From NCBI GenBank assembly GCA_002633005.1, contig NMRA01000695.1, positions 107,877-171,876 of the forward strand: 64,000 nucleotides of DNA, read 5' to 3'. Positions 39,992 to 53,700 of the stretch are shown here, piece after piece. Numbering within the stretch: the first letter of the stretch is position 1; the number at the start of each line of letters is the position of its first letter. The notes under the pieces are model-generated. The model was not told the DNA's origin. It was given only the letters and a program-made list of their open reading frames with translations, and searched no databases. This stretch comes from Phoronis australis (taxonomy: Eukaryota; Animalia; Phoronida). The position numbers and the translations under genes were made by a program.

Positions 39992-41725
39992 GTATGACAC
40001 CATAATTGTTATTTTATCTTGAAATATTCATCCAAAATTTCATTACTCGGCAAACATTACTCCGCACGCTTCAATTAAAGACTAATTACACGAACACGAT
40101 GTTAAACAAGCACTGATGTTTCAATGAGTGAACACTATGCACAGTGTGCACACGTGCATTCACTCATTTATAATGTACAAACTTGAAGTAGGGTTTTCTT
40201 TCAAGCAGCTGTTCTTATTTTTTCATTTAGTTTTATGGTTAGTAAAAAACCTAGGTCTACTGTACAAAGATAGAGTTCTTAGTCACAGAATCTTCCACAA
40301 AATTTTTTGTCGGCAGTCTTGTTCTTTTCATGATGATCTGGACTGAGAACTGTCAGCAGTTCCGTGTTGTTGAATCCACGTTTCGGCATAAGGTCACATG
40401 ACGGCGATTTCCCGTTCAGTGACTTTTATCAGACGAAGGGGGTTCTGAATGTGTGATAACATATAGATTCTTTGTTAACTGCCAAGCACAGTCTTTTGTC
40501 TGTTATGACAACAGGCACGCTAATTATCTACCAGGCTTATTATAGGCCTACAGACCACGTGTGAACACCGTCAAACCCAGAGTGAATTGGTACATTTGGA
40601 AAGAATAGATTATCGTAACTTCGGTTGCAGTTGGGCGATTTTGGCGATTCGAAAACTAAACATGATCACCATTTGACGAGGATTTCAGAAATGCTAAATT
40701 GGTTTATGTTCAAATATGTTATAACTTAACTTTAGTTATTTACAGCACAGCACAGTCAGGCTAGATAAGATCTTGTTGAAGAGATTAGAGCAATTATCGA
40801 ACAAAAGAGAGCTGGCCCTCCCACCAGGAATGCCAGACTGGAGTTAATCAGTCGTGTATGATTGGTTACAGGGGTACTAGTAAACTTTCTAACTTGTTGT
40901 TGGGCTAGAGAACCGAATTGGGCCGGGAAAACGCCGTAATGAAACGGGACCGTTGACCTTGCCAAACAACAAGCTGGAGGTGGTTTCTAATAGCATATGA
41001 AGCAATTAGAGCAATCGTATGTTACTATCCGATTCATTTCGCTGAATCCTCGTTCACATACAGCTGTACTGCAAGGAGTAGCCTAATGCAGAGGTCCACG
41101 ACCTCAGTGCCGTGAGTCGTCGCAGAGCACTTGGTAAGTTGTCTACTGACTACTCTAACCGTACTTCTCTTCCATTTCTACCGTCGAACTGACCCATTCC
41201 CCTGATTGCCGTCGTAGCATCCAGCCCAAACCGATCCGCAAATACGCCTGACTTCGTGCTCGCCATATGTCTTATACCGGGCCCCATCGGCTATCACCGT
41301 CGTTTTCGGGTCCAAGATGCCCACCGCGAATAGACTGCATAAATTTTAATCTGTGATTGGGTCACGGTCAGGCAGCAGTTCACGCAATATTCCAAGTTCA
41401 CGTTCGGGTTGAGGCAGCTTGCTTAATCTCAAGATCACGCAAATGATCTAGGAATTCCAGTTCACGCAACACTCACTTCCCCTTAATTTTGAGATTATGC
41501 AGGATTCCAAGTTCACGTACAGCAGCTCGCCTTGTGGTCAGCGTTGGAACTAAACAGAAGTGTTGACCTCATTCCAAAAGGAATTCAAAAAACCCTTTTG
41601 AGAGGCAGATTTGTAAGAAAAAAAATATTTACTCAAAATTCAATGATCTTTGTCACAAAAAATTAGTTGTTTTTGCGAAATCTGTGGTAAGAACTGCTCC
41701 TTGTGCTAATGTAAATAAAACTAAA

Positions 41726-44700
41726 ATGGCTGCGCCCTTGTTCACATGCAAGTTTCCGCGTTCACGGTAATTTTTGATTTTCAAACTTGTCTAGAAGCTT
41801 GATATGAGTGTAGTGTGCAACTAGATCGTACCCGTGAATTTGTACCGACGACCTAGTTAAACTGACAAACGTTCTAACCTTTCGCCGGCTAGGCCAGGCA
41901 GGGGCAATTGATTGCCTAGTAGCGAGTGCCTAACCTAACGTTTGTCAGGCCTTTAATGCTTTATGTCAGGGCGATGTAGGCCTAATTGCCTAACCTAACG
42001 TAGGCTCATATGATTCATTGGGAGCTCGTCCACAACACTCGAAATATGACATTTATATTGTTTGTACATGTTACCGCTATACTGCAGAGACACAATGTTG
42101 CAGCCGCTTGCCTCACACTGTATAGTCTCTGTGAGTCACAGAGACTATACACATGCCATGGACTGTCCATGGCATGGACATGGACCATATCATATGTCAT
42201 AGTGTTCCCACACTGTGGACCACTGCGTCCTCAGCTTCTGATCGTCCCCAATACACTATGTATATATACTATTCAGGGTATGACACTAGGCTAGAAATTC
42301 CACGGGTGCTTCAATTCAGCCGTCCATGTCAAACACAAAACTCATGTTTTGGTTTTTCAGGATTCTCCAGAACCTGTTTCAACAGATTAACAATATCACG
42401 ATGGTTTAATTCCCACTCTGAGTGATACAAATATTTCGTTTACATACTGGATAGAAGCTTTTCGATAAACTTTGCCTTTGGTGACCATCATTGTCTCATT
42501 TAATTCCTCATAAGTTGGTTAATTATGTTGTCACAATTTCTTTGTAATCAGTTTCTTTATCTTGGATTGTCTGGAAATTAAACCCCTGTTACCAACATCT
42601 GTCTTCCAGGTCCATTTAGCCTAAAATGGAGAAAATATCTCCAGGCTCAGTTTGATACTTTCTTAATATTTTCACAACCAGAAAAAGCATAATGCCTTGA
42701 CAGTTTTGGCTCCTGTCAGCAGCCATCTCCCAAAGTTATTGAACTCTAGGTGGTGTGGTGATGAGGCTATTCCAAATTTTAGACAACTTTTTCCCTCCAT
42801 GCTCAGTGTTCATGACTGAGCCACTTTTTCTAATCCAAATAGACTCTCTTATCCGTCTACATCTTAAATTATTTTCCGACTCAACAGTATGAGCATCATC
42901 CAAGAAAAATTACATGATTGTGAAAACCAGAAACTATCAAATTGTACTCTAACTAAACTTATGATATTATTTAGTGATATTTCCAGGTTGTCTTTACTCA
43001 GGTTCATTTCTTGCCGGAAGTGTTCATTGAATAATGCATGGTGTAGGTGGAGATGTTAAATTCAGATTTGCCCTTTTACCATCATTTTTACACGTGAAAG
43101 TTTGTGAACTCTGATGTTTTTTTTCAGAACACTTGTCTTCAGTTCACACCCTGAGGCGCAGTTTTCAAGTGCTCGATATAAGTCAACAGGTTTGTTCAGA
43201 AATTTCTTGAATGATTTCTTTTATCTTAAGTTTTTATAATCATGGTACACGTGAAGTCCTGAAATCGAAAAAATCATAAGTGTTCACAATACGTGGAGTG
43301 TAGTATCCAGTTACTTAATTTTTGGCATTGATTACAGTACTGAATCATGATGCCACTAGAAAACGGACACCATGAAGGGCAGTCAGTAACTGTTCAAACT
43401 CAGTAAACCGTCAATAAAATCCCCAATGGCGGTTAAATATGAATCGTGGGAATCGGCACTTGGGGATGGACGATAGTTTCTACCAATTCACAATTGCATG
43501 ATTCGTGCTAAAAGTCCACATTAAACCATTTACATAGTCATAATAGCCAAGACACTTTTCTGGCTGGTATGTCCTCGGCTAGTGGCATCAACTACTCAGT
43601 TTTTCCATGCAATCCCCTTGAATTGTTGGCGCAATAGTTAATACCCAATTATGGTATCTTCATTCACCTGCTGCAGTGTTAGGGAAACTAATACTTGCCT
43701 TCATTTGAACAATTCAAAATGGAAACAGTTGATAGTGTGTTGTTATGCATGCGCGCACCAGGGGGGTGCCCGGGGGCTCATTCGAGCTCCATCATTCGAC
43801 GAAGTGGGTAAAAATGTTAGCCTCAGAGAAAAAGTCCGAACAAAAATAACGAGACAAAAGTTCACTAAAAAGGCAGGAACTACCAACATTTGGCAATGCA
43901 TAATTCATAGCTCTGAATGTTCCCCTTGAATAGTTAGTAAAAGGTCCACATTCTCAGAAATTCGAGCACCCCCCCACTTTTTATGCTGAGTGCACGCATG
44001 GCATGGACTCCGACCTGCATCTCACATGGTTGCAGCACCTTCATGTGACGTGTGAAATTACCAAAGGTACGCCATTGTGTATGTGTAAGCAGTCTATGAT
44101 AAGAAACTAGTCATCTCTTTCCAGAGACACGGTTGTACACCAATGCCTTCTATCGTTACTGGCGGAGGTTGAAGTGGGTGCCTATTCCTGTCGGGCTTGG
44201 CTTCGCTTATGTTGGTTACCAGCAGTGGCGACATGTTGTTCGACGAGAGGAAAAGAAGGTTCTTAGTGAGGATCCCAATGTCTACCTTGCAAAAGATTGG
44301 CAGGTAAATTTTAAACCTGTTGCTAAACTTGGCAGGTAATATATATCTTAGTGTTGCCAAATTTGGCAGGTAAAACAAATCTGTTGTCAAACTTGGCAGT
44401 TAAATATAAATCTGTTGCCAAACCTGCTTACTCATGTATGCTCGCATGATATTTCAGAAATGGATTACAAAGTGAAAACTGACTTTTGAATTGTATACCT
44501 GGGAATGATTATAATGCAAGTCAAAAGGGAGGGTGTCACCAATCAGTTGGTGCACTAATGTAAAACTTCTCAAATTATAAAGTTTTAGTTCTTTGGAGAA
44601 CAAGTATACCTTACTTTTCAAGCTTTATATAATTCCAACTATTTTGAATGTCTTCACCCCCGAGAAAAGAATTGGAGCGATTAAAAGTAGTTGGCATTCT

Positions 44701-47700
44701 ATTTCATTCATCTCATTTTAATAATAGTGTCACTAAAAGGAACCATGGGTGTTAAGGAAATGCACAATGCAGCGCATTTTACTGCATTGGCCTCTAGCAT
44801 TTCACTGGCATGTGTCTCGGGTATCATCGTTAACAAATTCATACCTCAACTACTCAGTGCAAATCAAATACCAAAATGTTTATAGTACTGAACAATGATC
44901 GGCAAATACAGAATGCCCGCAGAAGTGAATACAAATTAACCGAATTGCTTGCCAATACTCAACTCTGTCTGAAGTTACACCGTATGGCTTTTCACCACTT
45001 GGTGAAATAGATATAAACCAGAACAATGGGAGGAAAATTTTTGTTCATTATGTTAGTACTATTTAAGTCAAATTCCTTTGACACATTTAGAAAAGCGAAA
45101 ATGGTTGTACCGGTTATGTTTTGCCTCTTTTTATCTTCCTCTAACAACGACGAATCAAATCATCTGACCATCTTGTGAGCTCAGTTTTTGACCTAATGAC
45201 ATCATGTATTGACTGGAATGCTAGCCAATGAAATGGTCATCAATTTTGTTTTTCCATAGGCAGACCACAATGGTACAGATGAAAATTTTGCAAATGTTTT
45301 ATCACATACAGGACAGATTAATGTTTTACCAAAAACAGAATTCTCTAACCGTGATATTCATTTTTGTTGAGAAATGTTGCAAAATGAATTTCCATGTGTC
45401 GGCGGCCATGTTGTGTGCTAAACAGGTGAAGAATTCATTGGTAATGGAAAACAAAGTGAATTTCATGATGCATTAAAGATCCTCTTCTTTGATACCGGTT
45501 CTATTCCATTTCCATGCTTTGTCATGGTTCTCAACAGTAAATTAATGACGACTTTAGCTCCTCACGCCATGCAAGAGTTGTCAAACACGTACTGTAGGTA
45601 AGGCATTGAGATAGTGCTGGATAATATTGTAGTACTCATATTATCAGCTGGTGAACATCAGTTGAAAAGCTGATAGTTGATAGGGGTTTTCTTTTACAAT
45701 TCTTTGTAGTGTAGGGTTGACTCTAGGCAACTAGGGGAATCTTGTCAGTAGTGGTGTCGTGGTGACATCCATTACTGAGAGGTTATAGCTAGTATCCTGT
45801 TGTTTAGAAATTTAGTGATTACATGTCTGCCACTAGTAAAGATTCAGTTTTGACCCATAAGCAAAAATAGAAATACACTGTCTCGCATCTTGATTCTTTT
45901 TCTCACGAGTAAGGCGCAGGATTATATGATATTGGAAATGCATGAGTTCTGAAGTCTCAGTTGCCGAAACTCAACCCCAACTTAACCCTAACTATATCCT
46001 AAGGCCACAGTAAGAACAATTCTAGGCTCCCGGGGAGTTGAAAGCATTAAGATTAATTAGATACATAGCCCAGGAATGTGCTTTAATTGCTACGTAAATC
46101 TAGCCTAAGTATTATAATTATTGTTTTTAATTTTGTCATTTCAATTTTTTGACTGGGTCCAAAGTCTGAAATTAACACCAAACTAAACAACTGTCTTATT
46201 TAAAAATAATGTTGTTCTGTGGTTGTTACTCTTTTAGAATGGTGAATAGTTAAATTTGTAGCAACAACCACCTAGCGACTTCCTGTAATTAAGAATAGAA
46301 ACAACTTGTAAATAATTTGCGGTTTTGAAGAAAACACCACAAATGATACACTTAAAAACAAATGTGAACACAATTATACACAAAATCCTAGTAATTCTAA
46401 ATATTACGCAGTTGTTATTTGATATTGAAATAAAGAAATAATAAAACTGTGCCGTGTTTCATTAGGGTAATGACAATGTTGTGGGGTTTACCCAGGGATT
46501 CCTGTGTCGTCCTAAGAAATGTGGACGAGAAGTGTGTGTAAATAATATATCTAGAATTTGCACTACCAGAGTCGCAAAATGGCGTGATCTGTATTGACCA
46601 AGGTGACGAAAAGTGAAAATACAGAACGAATAATGCTTTCATTGTGATCACCATGAGGAGTGTGGTCTAGTGGCAAGTTATCGGTGACCTTCAGCTTCTG
46701 TACACACTTAGATCTTAAGCCATAAAGGCGTAGTTTTCATTACTTAGTGAAACTGAAATTTCACCGAGTATGTTGTTCTGACATCAAGTTTTTTGTTTTG
46801 TTTTGTTTGTTTGCATGAAATTCTAACACAATATCTAGTCTTGGAAGTTTAGGAAGCCTATTGTTTATTGTCATGATCGAATTCAAGATGGGAGACGTGG
46901 TGGCCATTTTGTTTTCAAATTCAGATTCAAATGCGCCTAGAGGCTGCGATTTTGGACGTATAGGGCTGTACGTGTACAACAAATGTGTTGGAAATCATGA
47001 CATATTGTATTTCCAGTCAAAGATAGCAGAAATATTGGCCATTGTGCATGCGCACCTCGATTTTAGGTCAAAAAACATTTTGTCCTGTAGAGGGCGTATT
47101 GTAGCACCAAATGCTTTGAAATTGTTTATGTGTTAGTTTCCTGTAGCTAGCTGTTAGCGAGTGCTGTTTAACTGGAAGTTGTTTTCAAACTGGCGGATCT
47201 GACACTGTTTTGTCCATTTTCAATCATGCTAGGATGCCATTTTGAACAGGAAAAGCAAATGATGTGAATTTTTACATGTGAATTCTCTAAGGTATACTCT
47301 TTCAAATGAACTCTAAGATTTTTCTATCAGACTTACCATTTTTGAGTTATTTGACTTTCAATTTCTGTCAACAAAATGTAAAATTTGAAATATTTCGAAA
47401 AATGTGTAATTTTGTGAAACTAATTTGCTAGATAGAGTTTTGAGAGGGCTTTCGGAAGACATGTTACCATTTTTCTCGATGACGTCTCATTTTTCAATTA
47501 TCCGGGATTTTCTGATGATGCTTTTCCTTTGTTTATTGCATTTTACTGCACTTGTGTAGGTTTACCTTCTATTGTATAAGACTACAATCTTACTCATTTC
47601 TGACATCTTCATTCATCATATGATTGCTATCATCATGTTCATCATCGGCACCATCGTCATCGTCATCTCCATTGTCGTCTTTTCCACCAATTTTGCTAAG

Positions 47701-50700
47701 TGTCGCTCTTCTGCGCTCTTTTATTATTTGTCCATTTCACTTTAATCAAGTAATTGCATAATATTTAAAGTTGCTAAGATTTTATATAATATGTTCACAC
47801 TTGTTTTTAACACAAATTTTGTTGAAAACACCGCTAAAGTTTTTGTTTGATAGCTGGACACCTGAAGAATAGAGATTTTTTCGACACTACAAGCGACTCT
47901 GTATCAAGCTTTCAAACAAAAAGTTTAGTCATGTTTTCAACGAAGTTTGTTTTTTTGAAGGGCTGCTACCGAACTATACTGAGTTGTTTATAAGTGTATC
48001 AATTGTGGTATTTTCTGTAAAACCACAGTTTATTTACAAATTATTTCTTTTCCTGAATATACTAGGTGGCACTTGCTACAAATTTAATTATCGACAGTTT
48101 CATTGAGACATAACATCTTTAAATACTAGATGATCATCATGAACAGCAAACTTGTCCATATAAACGATCATCAGCTTAGCACATAACATGTGAAACAACC
48201 AGATGGAATTTTATTTTGTCAACAAATTGTGCATCAATAATCAGTGTTGCAGAACATTTTCTGCATTATTACCATAATGGTTTGAACTACGCTGCTAGAA
48301 CATGTGAGCATTCTAATGAATGGTAAATGAGTTACAATGTCGACCATTATTTCTGTGCTGTGGTAAAGACAAATTATCGCATTTGCTTCTTCAAGTTCAC
48401 TAAGCATAGTTTTTGAGCAGAAATAAGTCCAATCAAAGTGTGCACCCATTTCCAAACATTGACAGCACTGTGTGGAATATGATACTGGTGTGCAGACACA
48501 CAACTTTATGCTTTAACAATGATTATTTAATCTGTAACTTAAGCACCTCTATTTTCATATCTAAGCTCTTACTTTGAATATTAAAACTTCTGGAGGCTTG
48601 TGGTCTTTGGACTGTCATTTGATGAATCATTAGATCTGCTTTAAAGATAGAGTCTAAAGTTTATTCTACCCAAGACTGCTGTGAAGTCCCACTGCACAAA
48701 TAGTTGTCATTTGGCTGCTCTGTAGTGCAGGCCTTTGAGCTTGCTGCGCTGCTGGTCTTTGTTTCTCCATTGCTGTCCCATACAGGGTGCCTATGAAGTA
48801 TAAGTAATCTTTTGGAATTTTTGACAAGTCTCATTCATGAAAATAATAATTTTATGATTGATGTTTGTCCCGACGATAAAAATGTTGCACCACAAGCTCA
48901 GTTGCTTAGGGTTCTCCCTTGTGTTTTTGCAGCCTAGTCCTGCTTTCTGCTAATGAATATGACTATAGTGAAGACGATTATCACTTGCTGAGCAAGTCAT
49001 TAATTATTTGTACAGGAACACTGTCATTATGTAAAGCGAAAAAAACCCACGATATATAAACATGGCTCAAGATTTTTATACGGGGTTGGAACTTTCTGAA
49101 GTATGGTGCAGCATCATTATTATATGAATACATGTTACGGAAAACACTGGTTTGAGTTCTTTGGTAGATTAAATAAAGTTCATTTGGTATGATTAAGTAG
49201 TAATACAAATATATGGAAATAACATGTACAACGGGTAAAACAATAGTGTGAAAGAACGGGCACGAAAAAAGCAGCTCAAGAAATGTTTGAAGACTGCTCA
49301 TCCCAATTTTCTTCCACCATTTTGTAATGCTGAAAATGTACGCTCTGCTTTACTAGCCTCTGTGAGGTTCAAAAATCGTGCACAAACTGTTCAGTGCACT
49401 GGGGCTGTAGCTCACCTCTTACTGAAGCTGTCAATGATTTGCATTTTCTTGAACGTCATGGTTTAACATGATTATGTATACCAGAAGCACTCAATTGAAC
49501 TGTGTACAGTGATTGAATTGAGGTCAGGTGTTTTTGTGTCTGATAATCAAACCAATTGTATTTTCCTAATACCAGTGGAACAAGTGTACTTGAATTTTTA
49601 CCCTAGCTTTCTGACCAGTTTCATTTTTTAATGCAAATTTGATGAAATCAATAGCTGTTTCATTCAGTGTGCTAAAGAATTTTTGCTAGGGTGTTGCTGA
49701 ATAGGTGTCTGCTTTTGCAGGTAAAGGTGGAATGTTTGTGTATGTTTTTGGTTATCCTGTAGTCATATACATTATGTATATGTATAATTATACCGGTATT
49801 TATATTAGATTCATGTTATTCACTGTTGTTACTTTGGGAATACTTTTTGGCTATCCTGTAGATATGTATGACCCTGTTACCAATCTCACTGTTGTACTTT
49901 GGGTAAACTTTTGGTCACCCTGTACGGTATATGTATGTAGTCCTGTTTCTGTCTACTGTACTTTGGCCGCTGCTGACCACAGTGTGTGCATGTGTCTCAG
50001 CTGTGAGGGAGATAGAAAGGCAATCACTTTGGATCAGGAATTGACTCCTGCCGGTTATCAATGTCGACATCAGAGTTTGCTGGTAGTCTCAAGGCGGCCA
50101 TAGTCAGCCTTGACTACTTCTATCAGTCGCACGTGAAAAGTGGAGAAATTTGCTCTGGCTTTATCAGTCACGGAGCAACGTATCCTGAGTCTAATTTTGT
50201 TTTTATTTGTCCATTGGTGTTTCCTTGGTTTTATAGTGTTTCTCAGATTAGCACGGTGGTCAAAACCAAGACAATAAAATTAATCGTGGCCATGATCCGA
50301 AAATATAATCCGTCTTTACTGAGGTTGCATTGCTACAAAAATGTTCTGGTCTGCTATCAAGTTTTTGGTTGTTTTTAGATAAAATTATGCGCTATTTGCT
50401 TAATATTTAGTGGAGAAATATTTTCTTTGGTAAATTGCACGAATCAGGTACAAATTGCCCTACTCACTCGGGAAAGTCTTACATTTATTGCCTTACAAAA
50501 TGTCACTCCTTCAGTTGCTCTTTTTGGAAAAATTCCGTATTTCTGAAAAAATCTGCAGAGAATGGCCCTCTTTGTCTGTTTTGTGCCTTTGAATATTATC
50601 TAGTGATAAATTTGATGTCTGGTTGTCTGGTTTCAAAATGCATAATTTTTGTGTTTATGTGTGCTTATTGAATCTAAATGGAGGGAAAAGTTGATTGCAT

Positions 50701-53700
50701 TCGCACTGGCATGATGGGCTATATATTCTTAGGCTTTCTATGATAAAAATTTTCCAGTTCGGGACAGTAAAAAATTAGTTATTTTGCTCAAGGTCGGAGC
50801 TTGACTCAACTTAGAATTGGCCTTCCCAAATTCAAGAATCACCAGAAATACAACAAAATTACCCATTCTGTAGCTTGAAAACGCATTGTCCAAAATTTGA
50901 GAAATATGATGAACACTAAAATTGCCTTTTCCCATATCCAGAATGAAGAAAATTCAATTTTCGCAGGAGTTTCTGTGTCCCAAAATTCTAGAGACTATCG
51001 GAAATTAGAGAATTTTTGCCGTGCCTTGTTTAAAGTTATGCGGGAGCTTATCATCATGTCTATGTATTTTGCCAATAAGTTACAAAACTGTGGAATACAA
51101 CTCTGTAAAAATGTGCATTTTCTGAAAGTGAGGAAGCCGGACACGAAGAATTGTGTTTTGTGACTTAATTAATGTGAGGCGACAAGGCACATGTGTATTT
51201 CAAGAGATGGCAATATTGGAAACCATACTGACCAGTTGTTGTGAAGTGCATGTTGCATGTTCCCTTGTTTGCATTTATGCCTTAACAGCATATCCTTCAG
51301 ATGCTACATATTGGTGGCTAGTCAAATTGAGTTCTACTTGGCAGCTGTGGTTATTCTCGCCGTTTTCGTCCTAAAAGGTCCTAAAGTTACGTCATTACTG
51401 GCACGAAGAATCTTAGGCAGGCAAAGGGTGACTAGAATCCGGAAAAGCAGGATTTTTAGCACAAGTTCCGTGAACTTTAGCGTTTCCATTCTGATTTATA
51501 AACTGTGGCTGAGAGTGCAGCATTATCTTCATGCTGCATTGCGTGCACATCAAACCACGTGGGTCTACATTAAAAGTCTCCGTCGGAACCATCGAGGGGG
51601 AAGACGACATCACCACCACGATGAACACCACTTTCGCCAAAAGTTCAAAGCAGGTGTAGGTAGCCTTGCAGATTTGATTTATAATTCAGTGAGAATACAG
51701 AAAAACATTCCAGTAATCCCCATTCATGTACTTCATGAGGATTATCAGAAAATTTCTCGGGTGTTTTGGAGACATAGAATGAATGTTTAGTCTTAACCTG
51801 GTCATCCTAAACTTAACTTTGTCTCAGGGTGAGCACCTGAGGCTATGTGTCTAAATTAAGGGGGCTTTGATAAGCTCTGAGCTTGAATCATTAACTTCAA
51901 AGTGAGTATTTATTACTCGTGGGCAAAAATGCTGCTGTAATATTTGGCAGTTTGGGTCAAAACCAGTTGTTCAAATTGTCTAAATGTCCCCTTTGATGTA
52001 TTTGGTTTAAAGGTGTCTACAATTAGCTGCTAATGATCAAGATTTTAAGAAAGTTTTATATAATTTTACATTACAAACGATGTGGTAAAATTTGCTTCAA
52101 AAATGGTTTAATTAATTTTGAGGAAATGAAACTCTGTTTTTCTACCATATTGTAGCCTAAAGGGTGTTGTACTTGTTTGTACCTTATATACATTTTAGTT
52201 TCAAGTGACATTTCAGTAAGTTCTAATTTTGTTAGCTAGGTAATCTGTTTCCAGTCGAGGGGTTTGCTGTAGAACGTTATTACTCCTGGATTGAGTTTTC
52301 ACTAAGTTTAGTAGTTCTTTGGCTGCTCTTTGCAGGCATCAAATAACACCATTTTACTGAGGTGGGACAGCTTGTATTGGGTCAGTGGTCCCAACACAAG
52401 CACAGCCAGCATGCTGGGTGGGATAAACATCTTCAAAAGTTATANTGTCATCTTCGTCATCATCTCTTTCGTCGTCTTTTCTCGTCCTCTCGAACGTGTT
52501 TTTTTTTTTTGGTTAATTTCGCCAAGTTTCGCTCCTCAGAGCGCTTTCATTTTATTTTTGACCAGATCTATGAAACAGCCAAATCCATTGCTTTGAGAAT
52601 TTGTTAGAAATTTCCATTTCCCAGGCCTTCAGGAGAATCTGTTGAAATTAGTCCTGCATAGACATTAACTTTTGCCATGCCCCTACTGTTGCCATGCTAG
52701 GTGGTTAGTGTTATGTGGCCCTTTACATACACACAGCTTAGAAACGGAGGCAAGGCGGAAGTTGCAGGCAGGAATGCAAAGTGTTCATGGGCGAAGATGC
52801 AAATTGTAGGAGTCACAGCACATCATTGTTACTGCTGTTGTTATGTTACTTCTAATTTCCCCAATGTACGTAATTCGGGACATTGAGTTTTGCTTCAATG
52901 GTCTTTTTTTTGATCAGCTGATTAAAGATTTCATGGGCATGTCTGTTGTACACCAAATATTTGAATTGAACCCAGTCTTGACTGCTAGCTGTGTGGAATA
53001 GTCTGACAATTTGCTGACAATAACTGGAAGTCCCGGTTAAAGTAAATAAGCACTGAACAGCTGAGTGGCATATCCTAGAAAATGCATGAAAATTATCACC
53101 TGTATATTTGTACGTTTTTGAAAAGCGAAATAGAGATGTTACCATCTGCCTTGCGTTTACGTTTAGACGTACAGTTGACACGGATCAAGGTGATCCAACG
53201 CAACTTGTTCTACCTCACAAACGGGTGACAAAAGTTGCCTCCACGGTGCCAGTTTGGTCCCTCAGTTCTGTTTACACAATTACTTGCACCCAGTTATCTT
53301 GTTCCATGTCAGCTGATCCATGTCAACTTAAGTGTAAATGGACTGTTGAAGCCCATGACCTTATTGGTTAAATTGACCTTAAGCTTCTCCACTGAAGTTA
53401 TAGGTGTTTGTCCATTATGAGACTTATCACAGTTATGTAAGACTGTGGCTGATAACAACTCTTGTGCAAGCACCAAGGCCTCAAATTTTTACTTAAATTA
53501 TTATTTGCGAGGTGCCAGTTTTTTTTAATGAACTCATTGCAAACAAAATTTCCTAGAAAAGAAAGTCATTTTTTTCCATAAAAAGGTGAAGTGGCCTGTT
53601 ATCAATGCTTGAAATGTTTAAGTATGTTACTTAATACATTATGTTTATGTTTAAAGTGATTAAAGTATTTTTATTTAAGAAAAATGTTGTACACCAAAAT

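Noticed and set aside
49705-51790. ORFs of 100-177 aa inside PISD intron 3
   Set aside because: Low-complexity, no recognisable domain or splice context; probably chance ORFs in repeat-derived DNA.
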